Shown piece by piece: positions 9,488 through 23,988 of a stretch of 64,000 nt of DNA. The translations under genes and the position numbers were made by a program. Each line of letters starts with the position of its first letter. Position 1 is the stretch's first letter. Origin of the DNA: Chloroflexota bacterium (GTDB lineage Bacteria > Chloroflexota > UBA11872 > VXOZ01); contig CAXXVD010000004.1 in the NCBI GenBank assembly GCA_963662335.2, forward strand, positions 192,001 through 256,000. Direction: 5' to 3'. Under the pieces are notes generated by a model. It had not been told where the DNA came from. It made no database searches and was given only the letters and a program-made list of their open reading frames with translations.

Positions 9488-10477
9488 CTAGTCCGCCGGG
9501 CGAGTGGCCGCGGCCGCTTGCCGCGCGGCTCGATGGGAGTCGACGGCAAGAGCCGTCGCGCGGCTGGAAACGCTGCCAATCATCTTCGTCAGCACCGCGC
9601 CGGGGCCAAACTCGAAGATGGGAGCGAGGTTGCGGCGCAGCAGGATGTCCAGCGTCGCGGACCAGCGCACCGGCGCGGTAATTTGCACGATAAGTTCGTG
9701 CCGGATGGCGTCTACGGTGGTGATGATGTTGGCCGTCGTGTTCGCCACCACCGGAATGCGCGGCGGCTCGATGTGCGCCGCCTCCACCGCGGCCCGCCAC
9801 TCGTCTTGCGCCGGCGCCATTGCTTGGGTGTGAAACGCGCCGCTGACACGCAACGGGACTACCCGCCGCGCGCCCCGCGCCTTGAGCAGGCTGATGGCGC
9901 GCTCCAGTCCCGCGCGGTCGCCGGCGATGACAACCTGCTGCGGCGTATTGAAGGTGGCAATGCCAACCGTACTGCGTCCGGACTCATCCGCGCTGCGCGC
10001 CTGGCCGCAGACCTGCATGATCACCTGGGGCGAGACGCCAATCACCGCCGCCATGCCCCCCGGCGCGTCCGCGACGGCGCGCTGCATCAGTTCGCCGCGC
10101 GCCTGCACCAGGCGCAGCCCGTCTGCCAGCGAGAGCGCGCCGGCCGCGTACAAGGCCGTAAGTTCGCCAATGCTGTGACCGGCCACGAGCGCCGGCCGCA
10201 GCGCCTCGGGCAAGTCCACCGCAGAATCCGCGCCGCAGGCTTCCAGATACGCCGCCAGACACGCGGCGCTGGCGGTGAAGATCGCCGGCTGCGCGTGGCG
10301 CGTCTCGGTGAGGGTCTTGAGCGGGCCGCCAAAACTGAGCGCCGCCAAGTCCATGCCAAGCACGTCATTTGCCGTGGCGTACACCCGCTTGGCGGCAGCG
10401 GAATGCTCCGCCGCGTCCGCGCCCATCCCGATGCGCTGCACCCCTTGCCCCGGAAAGACGAAGGCTCTGTTTCCCAT
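9488..10477 (-). CDS. fabD: Malonyl-CoA:ACP transacylase
   Basis: FVFPGQG, AQPAI, catalytic GHSIGE, VSGAFH, PVRW, EFGPG. Confidence 0.95.
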   Translation of the reverse strand: MGNRAFVFPGQGVQRIGMGADAAEHSAAAKRVYATANDVLGMDLAALSFGGPLKTLTETRHAQPAIFTASAACLAAYLEACGADSAVDLPEALRPALVAGHSIGELTALYAAGALSLADGLRLVQARGELMQRAVADAPGGMAAVIGVSPQVIMQVCGQARSADESGRSTVGIATFNTPQQVVIAGDRAGLERAISLLKARGARRVVPLRVSGAFHTQAMAPAQDEWRAAVEAAHIEPPRIPVVANTTANIITTVDAIRHELIVQITAPVRWSATLDILLRRNLAPIFEFGPGAVLTKMIGSVSSRATALAVDSHRAARQAAAATRPAD

Positions 10478-10701
10478 GTGCTCCGTTACCTCACCGCGCT
10501 CGAAGCCAAAACCGCAGCGGAGTCCGCGCGCCGGCACGCCCACAAATGCCGGATCAAGCAGGACGTCTACGCGGGACCCGCAGAAGTGAACGCCGCTCGC
10601 CGGTGGGTGCGAACGCCGGACAGCGCAAGACACGGACCGCCGGGGGACCGCAATAGCGGAACCGGAAGAGCCCTCACGCCGCTCGTTGGCAGCGCGAGCG
10701 C

Positions 10702-10893
10702 CTACGCGCTGGGCGTATCAATCTCCAGCACTTCCTGGCCGCGGTAGTACCCGCAGAACGAGCAGACCGTGTGGGACGGCACCGGTTGGCGGCAGCGGGG
10801 GCACGCTACCAGGTGCACGTTGAGATTGTGCAAGTGCGAACGTCTCTTGCCTTGCCGCGAGCGTGAAATCTTCTTCTTCGGTTGAGCGCCCAT
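10702..10893 (-). CDS. rpmF: 50S ribosomal protein L32 (zinc-ribbon type)
   Basis: PKKKISRSR...RRSH, CPRC...H.VC..CGYY. Confidence 0.95.
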   Translation of the reverse strand: MGAQPKKKISRSRQGKRRSHLHNLNVHLVACPRCRQPVPSHTVCSFCGYYRGQEVLEIDTPSA

Positions 10894-10944
10894 CGTATCC
10901 TCTCAGTTCTGCGTAATCATGTGTGACTAATTATGTCTATTCGA

Positions 10945-11502
10945 CTATGCCGGACGGTCGTGACGGGTCTGACGCAGCATCTCCTGGATGGGAGCGAAAC
11001 GCGGATCCAGGGCTTCCGTCGCGGCGCAGTTGCAGACGGTTTCGTTACGGTTCACGCCGCACGCCGGACAAATGCCGCGGCAGTCGCGCCGGCAGCGCGG
11101 CATGAGCGGCTGGCTGATTTCCACGTGTTGCCGCACCGCCTCGCTCAGATCGAAACGGGCGACGTTCTCGATAAGCAACTCTTCGTCGATGTCATCGTAT
11201 TCCAGCCGCAAGGGGCTGCCGGTCGCCAAGTCGAAGCGCGGATAGAACATCTCATCGAAGCGTACGCGCAGGTCTTGCGCATACGCGCCCAAGCAGCGGC
11301 AGCACGTAAGTTCAAGCGTTATCGCTAGCTCGCTTCGCACCACGATGCCCTTGCCGGCGCGCACCAGTTCGATTGCCCCCGTCAGCGGAGCGACCGGCGT
11401 CACGTCCTCCCAAGCCGGATAGAAACCGTCAACGACGACGCGGCGCGAAGAACCCGTTGCTTCCTGCAGCAGGCCGGCCACGTTAATCGTCAAACCTTCC
11501 AT
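10945..11502 (-). CDS. YceD/DUF177 family protein
   Basis: C.RCL, C..DC.G.C..CG, DPRF; conserved position upstream of rpmF. Confidence 0.9.
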   Translation of the reverse strand: MEGLTINVAGLLQEATGSSRRVVVDGFYPAWEDVTPVAPLTGAIELVRAGKGIVVRSELAITLELTCCRCLGAYAQDLRVRFDEMFYPRFDLATGSPLRLEYDDIDEELLIENVARFDLSEAVRQHVEISQPLMPRCRRDCRGICPACGVNRNETVCNCAATEALDPRFAPIQEMLRQTRHDRPA

Positions 11503-11510
11503 AGTCTATT

Positions 11511-12017
11511 CTACTCTACCGTTTCCTGCGAAGCACGTTCGCCCCGGCCCCGGGCCGAAGGCAGTTCTTCCGGCTCCGAGTCCGCCATTGCCTCGATGAA
11601 AATCTGCACGCGCTCGTGCAGTTGCTCGAGCCGCGTGCGCAAGTCCGTCAGCGAGCGCACCGCATACTCGTCGGACTCGCGCTGCACCTCACTCGCCTGG
11701 TCTTGGGCTTCCTCCACGATGCGGCGCGCATTATCTTCCGCGGCCCGCACCAAACCGTGCTCGGAGAGAATTTCCTCCGCTTGTTCGTGGGCGATCTCCA
11801 CGATGCGCTCGGCCTCCAAGCGCGCTTGCTCCGGGATGCGGCTGCGCTCTTGAAGCATGCGCCGCGCTTGCCGCACTTCATCGGGTATCGACATGCGCAT
11901 CTGCGCGATGACGTCCAAGCACTCTTGCTCGTCCAGCATGATCTTATTGACGAATGGAACTCTCTGGCCTGTGTTGACGAGCGCCTCCAGACGTTCGATT
12001 AGTGCGAATATGTCCAT
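11511..12017 (-). CDS. Coiled-coil protein typically found between coaD and yceD (often annotated ATPase/DivIVA-like)
   Basis: RVPF..K, IPDEVRQAR, A..EAERIV..A heptads; conserved neighbourhood. Confidence 0.75.
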   Translation of the reverse strand: MDIFALIERLEALVNTGQRVPFVNKIMLDEQECLDVIAQMRMSIPDEVRQARRMLQERSRIPEQARLEAERIVEIAHEQAEEILSEHGLVRAAEDNARRIVEEAQDQASEVQRESDEYAVRSLTDLRTRLEQLHERVQIFIEAMADSEPEELPSARGRGERASQETVE

Positions 12018-12104
12018 TGCGGCTACCCCCTATTGCCTTCCAGGCCACCTTAGGCTATTCATCACAGACCAAACCGCGCCGTTGCGATTCGCACGGACAG
12101 AGAC

Positions 12105-12584
12105 TCATGCAGCGTGTATCTCGCGCAGACGGGCCGCCACCACTGCCGGCACGAAAGCGTCAACGTTGCCGCCGAGCTTCGCCACCTCTTTGACGAGGCT
12201 GGCGCTCAAGAACGAGTACTTGACCGACGTCATCAGGCAGACGACTTCGAGTTCGGGCCGCAGTTGCTGGTACATGGCCGACAACTGAAACTCGTACTCG
12301 AAGTCCGTGACTGCCCGCAAGCCGCGCACGAGTACCTGCGCCCCAAGGTCGCGCGCGCACTCCACCGTGAGATTGGCAAAACTCCTCACCTGAACGTTCG
12401 GCCACCGCTGGACGGCCGTCGTAAGCATCTTCACACGGTCGTCTAAAGAGAAGAGCACGTCCTTCTCAGGATTAGCATAGACTCCGACGAAGAGAGAATC
12501 AAAGAGCCGGGACGCCCTGGCGATAATATCTATGTGGCCGTTCGTTACCGGGTCGAAACTCCCGGGATAGAGCGCTGCGCGCAC
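12105..12584 (-). CDS. coaD: Pantetheine-phosphate adenylyltransferase
   Basis: YPGSFDPVTNGH, RGLRAVTDFEYE, SASLVKEVA. Confidence 0.97.
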   Translation of the reverse strand: MRAALYPGSFDPVTNGHIDIIARASRLFDSLFVGVYANPEKDVLFSLDDRVKMLTTAVQRWPNVQVRSFANLTVECARDLGAQVLVRGLRAVTDFEYEFQLSAMYQQLRPELEVVCLMTSVKYSFLSASLVKEVAKLGGNVDAFVPAVVAARLREIHAA

Positions 12585-12640
12585 GATATTTCCAGCCTTC
12601 CGCGTACTACTCTCATTCTCTCAAGCTATTCACAGGCTAA

Positions 12641-13609
<969 letters not shown>

Positions 13610-14557
13610 ATGCCACTGGCGCGCAAAGACCTCCTGGACCTGGACGATTTCTCGTCCGACGAACTCATGCTGCTCCTGGAGACCACCTCCGCCATGACGG
13701 AGATCCTCTCCCGTCCCATCCGGCGCGTGCCCACGCTGCGCGGCAAGACGATCGTCAACATGTTCTACGAGGCGAGCACGCGCACGCGCTCGTCATTCGA
13801 ACTGGCCGCCAAGAATCTCTCCGCCGACCTCGTAAACGTCTCCGCCAGCCAGAGCAGCGTCGAAAAGGGTGAGTCGCTTATCGACACCATGCGCACGCTG
13901 CAAGCGCTCGGCGCCGACATGCTGGTGATGCGCCATTGGGAAGCGGGCGCGCCCTACCTGGCCGCCTCCTGGCTGAACGCTTCCGTCATCAACGCCGGCG
14001 ACGGCTGGCACGCCCATCCCAGCCAGGCGCTGCTCGACCTCTATACCGTGCGCCGGCATTTGGGCACGATCGAGGGTATCAAGCTCGTCATCGTTGGCGA
14101 CATCCTGCACAGCCGCGTGGCGCGCTCCAATCTCTGGGGCTTTGGCGCACTGGGCGCGCAGATCGTCCTCTGTGGGCCGCCAACCCTCCTGCCGGCCACG
14201 CTCTTGGGCGCGTTCGGCGACCCGCCGTGGCTCTCGCTCTCCTACGACTTGGATGAAGCGCTGGCGGACGCCGACGTGGTTATGATGCTGCGCCTCCAGC
14301 GCGAGCGCATGGCCGGCGGGCTGCTGCCCTCCGCGCGGGAATACAGCGCCCGCTTCGGACTGACCGGCCAACGCATGAGGCGCGCGCGTCCCAACGCGCT
14401 CATCATGCACCCCGGCCCCATGAACCAGGGCGTGGAGATCACACCCGAACTGGCCTACGGCGCGCAGGCCGTGATCGAGGAACAGGTTACCAACGGCGTG
14501 GCCGTGCGCATGGCCATCTTCTACTTGCTCGCGGGCACGGCGGAGCGATTGGCATGA
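13610..14557 (+). CDS. pyrB: Aspartate carbamoyltransferase catalytic subunit
   Basis: FYEASTRT, INAGDG.H.HPSQALLD, RLQRER, HPGP. Confidence 0.97.
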   Translation: MPLARKDLLDLDDFSSDELMLLLETTSAMTEILSRPIRRVPTLRGKTIVNMFYEASTRTRSSFELAAKNLSADLVNVSASQSSVEKGESLIDTMRTLQALGADMLVMRHWEAGAPYLAASWLNASVINAGDGWHAHPSQALLDLYTVRRHLGTIEGIKLVIVGDILHSRVARSNLWGFGALGAQIVLCGPPTLLPATLLGAFGDPPWLSLSYDLDEALADADVVMMLRLQRERMAGGLLPSAREYSARFGLTGQRMRRARPNALIMHPGPMNQGVEITPELAYGAQAVIEEQVTNGVAVRMAIFYLLAGTAERLA

Positions 14558-15945
14558 ACGACAACTGGCTCATACAGGGCGCGCGGGTAATCGACCCGGC
14601 AAACAACCTCGACGCCGCGCGGGACGTGCACGTGCGGGACGGCAGAATCGCGGCCATTGGCGAATCACTCTCGCCGGCAGATGTCCCGGTCATAGACGCC
14701 GGCGGCCTGGTGGTCGCGCCCGGCTTTGTGGACCTGCACTGCCATCTCCGCGAACCGGGATTCGAGTACAAGGAGACCATCGCCAGCGGCACGCGCGCCG
14801 CGGTGCGCGGCGGCTTCACCACGGTGTGCAGCATGGCGAACACCGAGCCGGTGGTGGATACGCCCGCGACCGTAGCCTACATTCTCGAGCGCGCCCGGGC
14901 AGCCGCTGCCGCGCGGGTCTATCCCCTGGCCGCCGTGACCCAGGGACTTGACGGCGCGCAACTGGTGGAAATGGCGGCCCTGGCCGCGGCCGGCGCGGTG
15001 GCGTTCTCCGACGACGGCATGCCGGTAGCCGACGCCCGCATGATGCGCCACGCGCTGGAATACAGCCTGCTCGTGGGCAAGCCAATCGTGAATCACTGTG
15101 AAGATCCCGCGCTCGCGCACGGCGGCGTGATGCACGAGGGACTGACCTCGCTGCGCTTGGGCCTGCGCGGGACGCCGGCGGAAGCCGAGGAGACGATGGT
15201 CGCGCGCGACGCGTTGCTGGCCCGCCGCACCGGGGCGCACGTGCACATCGCGCACGTTTCGACGCAGGGCAGCGTGGAGATCATTCGCGCCGCCAAGCGG
15301 CAGGGCATTCGCATCACGGCGGAGGTGACGCCCCATCACCTCACGCTGACCGACGCGCTCGTCGCCAAGAGTCCGCAGACGGAAGTGGGAGCGGCGCTTG
15401 GCTACGACACCCGTACCAAGGTCAATCCGCCGCTCCGTACAAAAGCTGACGTAGAAGCCCTGATCGAGGGCCTTAACGACGGCACGCTCAACGCCATTGC
15501 GACCGACCACGCGCCCCACAGCACGACCGACAAGCTCTGCGAGTATAGTGAAGCCGCATCCGGCATTTCGTGCCTGGAAACGGCGTTCTCGCAGGTCTAT
15601 CAACTGGCGCGAGACGGCCGCGTGCCCCTGGCTACGCTGCTGAGCAAACTCACGTGCGAGCCGTCGCGGGCGTTCGGCCTGCCAACGGGCACGTTGCGCG
15701 TGGGCGCGCCGGCCGACGTGGCCATCCTCGATCTCGCGGCGGCGTGGACCGTAGACCCGCGGACGTTCGCTTCCAAAGGGAAGAATACGCCAATTGCCGG
15801 CGCAACCCTGCCCGGCAAGGTGGCGATGACGTTCGTAGACGGCCGGTTGTTGCATGCGGCAGACGGCTACGGCGTCTTCGACGAAAGCGGCGTCTCCGAC
15901 GAGAGCGCCGTCCGCGGCGAAGCCGGCCAAGGAGGGACGCGATAG
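14554..15945 (+). CDS. pyrC: Dihydroorotase
   Basis: DLHCHLREPG, EVTPHHL, KVNPPLR, ATDHAPH, SKGKNTP. Confidence 0.95.
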   Translation: MNDNWLIQGARVIDPANNLDAARDVHVRDGRIAAIGESLSPADVPVIDAGGLVVAPGFVDLHCHLREPGFEYKETIASGTRAAVRGGFTTVCSMANTEPVVDTPATVAYILERARAAAAARVYPLAAVTQGLDGAQLVEMAALAAAGAVAFSDDGMPVADARMMRHALEYSLLVGKPIVNHCEDPALAHGGVMHEGLTSLRLGLRGTPAEAEETMVARDALLARRTGAHVHIAHVSTQGSVEIIRAAKRQGIRITAEVTPHHLTLTDALVAKSPQTEVGAALGYDTRTKVNPPLRTKADVEALIEGLNDGTLNAIATDHAPHSTTDKLCEYSEAASGISCLETAFSQVYQLARDGRVPLATLLSKLTCEPSRAFGLPTGTLRVGAPADVAILDLAAAWTVDPRTFASKGKNTPIAGATLPGKVAMTFVDGRLLHAADGYGVFDESGVSDESAVRGEAGQGGTR

Positions 15946-15947
15946 GC

Positions 15948-17149
15948 GTGCCAAACGCGAACACCTATCCCCACGCGCTGCTGGCGCTCGAAGACGGCAC
16001 GGTCTTCTTTGGCTACGCCTTTGGCTCGCGCCAAGACGCCGCCGGGGAACTCTGCTTCAACACCAGCATGACCGGCTACCAGGAAATCAGCACCGACCCC
16101 TCCTATCGGGGGCAAATCGTCACCCTGACCTATCCGCTCATCGATAACTACGGCGTCACGCCGGCCGACATGGAGTCGGTGCGGCCATGGCTTTCGGGCT
16201 TAGTGGTGCGCGAACTCTGTCCGCATCCCAGCAATTGGCGCGCGACCCACGACTTGGACCACTTCCTGGCCGCGCAGGCAATTCCCGGAATCTTCGGTCT
16301 CGATACCCGCGCCGTCACGCGCCGCCTCCGCACCCACGGCTTCCAAAGAGCGGCGCTGGCGGTGGCGCCGCCTGGCGTCCTGCCGGAAGAAGCGCGGGAT
16401 TCCTTTCTCTGGCTGAGCGGCCGCGCCCCCGGCATCGAGGATTATGTCAATGCTTGCATCGCCCGCGCCCAGAGCGCCACGCCGCTCTCCGATCACGACG
16501 TGGTCGGGGAAGTGTCGGTGAATGCGGGAACGTACGCCGCGCCCGCGCCCTGGCAGCCGTGGGCGCCGCCGCCGCGGGACGCGGTGGGCAAGCGCCTCGT
16601 CCTCATCGACACCGGCGCGAAGCACAACATCGCCCATTCGCTCACCAGCCGCGGCGCGGAGGTGGTGTGGGCTCCCTACGGCGCCAGCTACGAGGAAGTG
16701 CGCGCGCTCGCGCCGGACGGCATAGTAATCTGCAACGGGCCGGGCGACCCGGACGGGGGTACGGTTGCCGCCACGGTGACGACCACGGCCAAGCTCATGC
16801 AGCGCTACCCCATGCTGGGCATCTGCCTGGGACATCAAATCATCGCCCTGGCGGCGGGCGCGCGCACCAGCCGCCTCAAGTTCGGCCATCGCGGCGCGAA
16901 CCATCCGGTGCAAGACCTCGCCACCGGCAAGGCGCACATCACCACGCAGAACCACGGCTTCCAGGTGGACGCCGCCAGCATTCCGGCGCAGAGCGGTTTC
17001 CAGGTAAGCCACGTCAGCCTCAACGACGGCTCGGTGGAAGGCCTCCGCCACCGGGAATTGCCGGTATTCAGCGTGCAGTACCATCCGGAGGCGTGTCCGG
17101 GGCCGCAGGACAACCAGTACCTCTTCGACGAATTCGCAAGATTGCTCTG

Positions 17150-17150
<1 letters not shown>
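15948..17150 (+). CDS. carA: Carbamoyl-phosphate synthase small subunit
   Basis: [32 protein letters not shown]; GTG start after the pyrC stop. Confidence 0.95.
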
Positions 17151-20350
<3,200 letters not shown>

Positions 20351-20376
20351 GTGCGGAGCGTGGGGTTCTTTTTCCG

Positions 20377-20531
20377 GTAGCGCAGGTTTGCAACCTGCGC
20401 CCCTTGGGTCAATTGGCGGTAGCGCAGGTTTGCATCCTGCGCCGCGCAACTGGTAGCGCGGGGGCTTGCCCCCCGCTCCCTTGCTACAACCATAGTGGAA
20501 AGAAGCCGTAGCGCGGGGGCTTGTCCCCCGC
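20377..20531 (+). repeat. Cluster of four GTAG-type REPs (2 x family B, 2 x family A)
   Basis: GTAGCGCAGGTTTGCA(A/T)CCTGCGC at 20377 and 20419; GTAGCGCGGGGGCTTG(C/T)CCCCCGC at 20453 and 20508. Confidence 0.85.
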
Positions 20532-20603
20532 TTCCTCGCCCGAAGATGTGCGCCGCTGGCGGCAGAGCGTAACAACGAACGAGCACCGGAGAGTTCGCTG
20601 CAC

Positions 20604-21422
20604 ATGCCCATCGTCCAAGAGCGCGCCACGGTCGTCTCGAATGAAGCGGTGGCCGACGGGCTCTACATCATCCGCCTGCACTCACCGCAGATCGCGGCGC
20701 AGTGCCAGCCGGCGCAGTTCGTGCACGTGCGCTGTGGCGACGGCATCGAGCCGCTGCTGCTGCGCCCGTTCAGCATGTTGACCGTCGACCGTGAGGCGGG
20801 CACGCTGGACATTCTCTATCAGGTGGTCGGCAGCGGCACGGAGATCCTCGCCAAGCGGCGCGCCGGCGACGAGATCCTCCAGCTTGGCCCTCTGGGCAAG
20901 ACGTTTACCGTTCCGCCCAATCAAGGCAACCTGCTGATGGTTGCGGGCGGCATTGGCATCGCGCCGCTGCTCTTTCTGGCGGAGATGATGATTCCGAAAG
21001 GCTACGCCGTGACGCTGCTGGCCGGCGCCCGCACGGCCGCGCGCCACTTGCCGGCCGAATTCGCGCCGCCGGCGGTCGAGTACGTGCTGGCAACCGACGA
21101 CGGCTCGGCCGGCTACCACGGGCCGGTCACCGACCTCATCGCCGACTACTTCCTCTGGAGCGACGCCGTCTACGTGTGCGGCCCCTGGCCCATGCTCGCC
21201 GCCGTCGACGCCGCCTACCAGGCGCGGGCGTGGGGCTGGCAGAGCAAGAAGCCCATCCAGGTCTCGCTGGAAAACCAGATGGGCTGCGCCATGGGCGTCT
21301 GTCTAGGGTGCGTCGTTACCACGCCGCGAGGCTATCAACGCGTCTGCCGCGACGGCCCGGTGTTTGCCTTGCGCGACCTGCACCAGGAAATCGTCTCAAG
21401 ACCGGCGCACGGCGGCCCGTAA
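20604..21422 (+). CDS. pyrK: Dihydroorotate dehydrogenase electron transfer subunit
   Basis: RPFS, GPLG, AGGIGIAP, CGP..M, MGCAMGVCLGC, VCRDGPVF. Confidence 0.92.
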   Translation: MPIVQERATVVSNEAVADGLYIIRLHSPQIAAQCQPAQFVHVRCGDGIEPLLLRPFSMLTVDREAGTLDILYQVVGSGTEILAKRRAGDEILQLGPLGKTFTVPPNQGNLLMVAGGIGIAPLLFLAEMMIPKGYAVTLLAGARTAARHLPAEFAPPAVEYVLATDDGSAGYHGPVTDLIADYFLWSDAVYVCGPWPMLAAVDAAYQARAWGWQSKKPIQVSLENQMGCAMGVCLGCVVTTPRGYQRVCRDGPVFALRDLHQEIVSRPAHGGP

Positions 21423-21505
21423 TCCCAGGTCCCGGCGCAGCGTTGCGCAACACGCACGAATTGCCGGGTGCGAGGATTCACTTGCAAGTCTTGGGAGATA
21501 GTCCT

Positions 21506-21609
21506 TGTCATTCCGAACGCAGCGCAGCGGAGTGAGGAATCTAGAGTGTTGCGTCGAATGGGCCGGTTCCGGCTTGCGTCTTAGATTCCTCGCTGCGCTC
21601 GGAATGACA
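21506..21609. repeat. Palindromic element family D (GTCATTCCGA...GAGGAATCT / AGATTCCTCGCTGCGCTCGGAATGAC)
   Basis: Inverted doublet; the second arm recurs at 22859-22885. Confidence 0.8.
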
Positions 21610-21652
21610 GTTTGCCAACGAACTAATCAACGTATTGGGTGAATAGTCAGCT

Positions 21653-22759
21653 TCACCACGCCGAGAACTTCAAGCAAACCGGCGTCGGCACGTTGGCCAC
21701 GTGTCCGGTAGGCTCCAGCGTCCCGGCCTCGCCGTCGATGCGGAACGTGACAATCGAGTCGGTATCTTGATTTGCCGCCAGCAGGAACGCGCCGCTGGGA
21801 TCGATCACGAAGTTGCGCGGCACTTCGCCCTGGGTTGACTCGTGCCCCACCAGAGTCAGCGTGCCGTCCGCCTCGTTCACCGCGTAGATGACGATGCTGT
21901 CGTGCCCACGGTTGGAGCCGTACACGAACCGGCCCGATGGGTGCACATGCACGTCGGCGGTATGGCTGGTCTCGGAATAATCCGGCGGCAGCGTGGGAAT
22001 CGTCTGCAACTCTGACAGCGCGCCGCGCTCCTGGTCGTAGGCGAAGACCGTCACCGTATTGCCAATCTCGTTGATTACGTAGACCACCTGGCCGTTGGGA
22101 TGGAAGTCCAAGTGGCGCGGCCCCGCGCCGGGGTGGACGGCCGCAAAGGGCGGGTCGTTGGGCGGCAGCTTGCCGTTTTCCAGATCCAGCCGGTAGACGA
22201 GCACCTTGTCCAGCCCCAGATCGCACGCCAGCGCAAAGCGGTTTGCCGGGTCCGGCGTGAACGAGTGCCCGTGGGGTCCTTGCTGCCGGTCCGGGTTGAC
22301 GCTGGAGCCGACGTGCTGCACCCAGTCGGTCGCCGGGCCCACGCTGCCGTCCGCCTCAAGCGGCAATATCGCCACGCTGCCGGTGCCGTAGTTCGCGGCA
22401 ATGGCGTACCGGCCCGTCTGTTCCACGCTCACGTGGCAGGGGCCGCCGCCGTGTGACGACTGGCGGTTGATGAACGTCAGGCCGCCGGTGGCCGCATCCA
22501 CCGCGAATGCGCTCACCGCGCCGCCGTCGTGGCCGTCGATCTCCGGCACGGCGTTGACGGCGTAGAGAAATGGCCGTTGCGGGTGCAACGTCAGAAAGGA
22601 CGGATTCGGCACGTCCGCTACCGTGTGCACTAGCTCTACGGAGCCGGTGGCCGTATCCATCCGGCACACGTAGATGCCTTCCGCGCCGCCGCCAAGTTCG
22701 GTCTCACCCGTAAACGTGCCGACATAGATGAATCTCGAATCCGGGGATTGGATGCTCAT
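21653..22759 (-). CDS. pgl: 6-phosphogluconolactonase (beta-propeller lactonase family)
   Basis: YVGT, NPSFL, PCHVS, ANYGTG, GAGPRH, SNRGHDSI, PRNF, ANQD. Confidence 0.88.
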   Translation of the reverse strand: MSIQSPDSRFIYVGTFTGETELGGGAEGIYVCRMDTATGSVELVHTVADVPNPSFLTLHPQRPFLYAVNAVPEIDGHDGGAVSAFAVDAATGGLTFINRQSSHGGGPCHVSVEQTGRYAIAANYGTGSVAILPLEADGSVGPATDWVQHVGSSVNPDRQQGPHGHSFTPDPANRFALACDLGLDKVLVYRLDLENGKLPPNDPPFAAVHPGAGPRHLDFHPNGQVVYVINEIGNTVTVFAYDQERGALSELQTIPTLPPDYSETSHTADVHVHPSGRFVYGSNRGHDSIVIYAVNEADGTLTLVGHESTQGEVPRNFVIDPSGAFLLAANQDTDSIVTFRIDGEAGTLEPTGHVANVPTPVCLKFSAW

Positions 22760-22945
22760 TGTCTACGCTCTACTCCTCTATGAATTTCACTGGCAGAACT
22801 TCCGCCTCTTCACGCGAACACATGTCCTCTCGCAAGGAATACGTCCCGCTGCGCGCCCTAGATTCCTCGCTGCGCTCGGAATGACGGACTGCGCTCGGAG
22901 TGTCGGTTACACACACAGCGCTGACGCTCGCTAATTGCTGAGCGG

Positions 22946-23857
22946 CTAGCCGCGCAGCAGCGCATGCAGCGCATCCTCCACCGTAGCATAGCGAAACGCG
23001 AAGCCCGCAGCCAGCAGTTGGCGCGGCAGGGCGCGTTGGCCGTGCAAGACGATGTCCGCCATTTCACCCATTGCCAGACGGAGCGCCCACGGCGGCACGC
23101 GCATGAACGCCGGCCGCCCCAGCGCGCGTCCAATCGCCTGACCGAACGCGGCAAACTGCACCGGATTGGGCGCGCAGACATTAACCGGCCCGGCAACTTC
23201 ATCATGCGTCAAGAGAAACTCGATCGCCCGCACGGTATCCTCCACGTGTATCCAGGGCACCCACTGCCGCCCGCTGCCCAGCGCGCCACCCAGGAAGAAG
23301 CGAAACGGCAGGGCCACGCGCGGCAGCACGCCGCCCGCGGCGCTCAGCACAAGGCCCAAACGCAGCAGCGCCCGCCGCGTCCCATCCGCCTCGACCGCCG
23401 CCGAGGCGTGTTCCCACTCCTGGGATACGTCGGCGAGAAAGTCGGTCCCCGGCGGCGACTGCTCGTCCGCTTCCCGGTCGCCGGTATCCCCGTAGTAGCC
23501 TACCGCCGAAGCCTGAATCAGCACCGCGGGCTTGCGCGCGGCGGCGCGAATGGCGGCTGTCACCGCGTTGGTGGATTGAATCCGGCTGTCGCGCAGCCGC
23601 CGTTTCTGCGCGTACGACCAGCGACGACCCGCGATGCTCTCGCCGGCGAGATTCACGATAGCGTCAGCGCTTTCCGCCTGTTCCTCCCACCCTTGGCTGC
23701 TGCTGCCGTCCCAGCCGGCAACCTCCACGCCGTCCGGCAAGCCGGAGACCCGGTAGGGCCGCCGGCTGAGGACGACGACCGCATGTCCCTGAGCGCAGAG
23801 ATACTGGGTGAGCGCGCGGCCGATCAACCCGCTGCCGCCGCCGATTATCACGCGCAT
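22946..23857 (-). CDS. TIGR01777/YfcH family NAD-dependent epimerase
   Basis: GGSGLIG, NLAGESI...RW, ASAVGYYG, GSGRQWVPWIH. Confidence 0.9.
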   Translation of the reverse strand: MRVIIGGGSGLIGRALTQYLCAQGHAVVVLSRRPYRVSGLPDGVEVAGWDGSSSQGWEEQAESADAIVNLAGESIAGRRWSYAQKRRLRDSRIQSTNAVTAAIRAAARKPAVLIQASAVGYYGDTGDREADEQSPPGTDFLADVSQEWEHASAAVEADGTRRALLRLGLVLSAAGGVLPRVALPFRFFLGGALGSGRQWVPWIHVEDTVRAIEFLLTHDEVAGPVNVCAPNPVQFAAFGQAIGRALGRPAFMRVPPWALRLAMGEMADIVLHGQRALPRQLLAAGFAFRYATVEDALHALLRG

Positions 23858-23988
23858 CGTAGCCTCCCTCCGTTGTGCCGCCGCCAGGCAGCCGTCATCG
23901 CGTCGATACCCGTTTCTTCCCGTCAATACTGGCATGGGAGCATCCGGCAAATTGAGCCGGACGGCCTGAATCTGGTATACTGGAAGTT

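Noticed and set aside
15570-17149. Apparent long N-terminal extensions or fusions on CarA and CarB (also the sulfatase, the reductase and L27)
   Set aside because: The ORF caller chose upstream starts overlapping neighbouring genes; family homology begins at the downstream starts used here.
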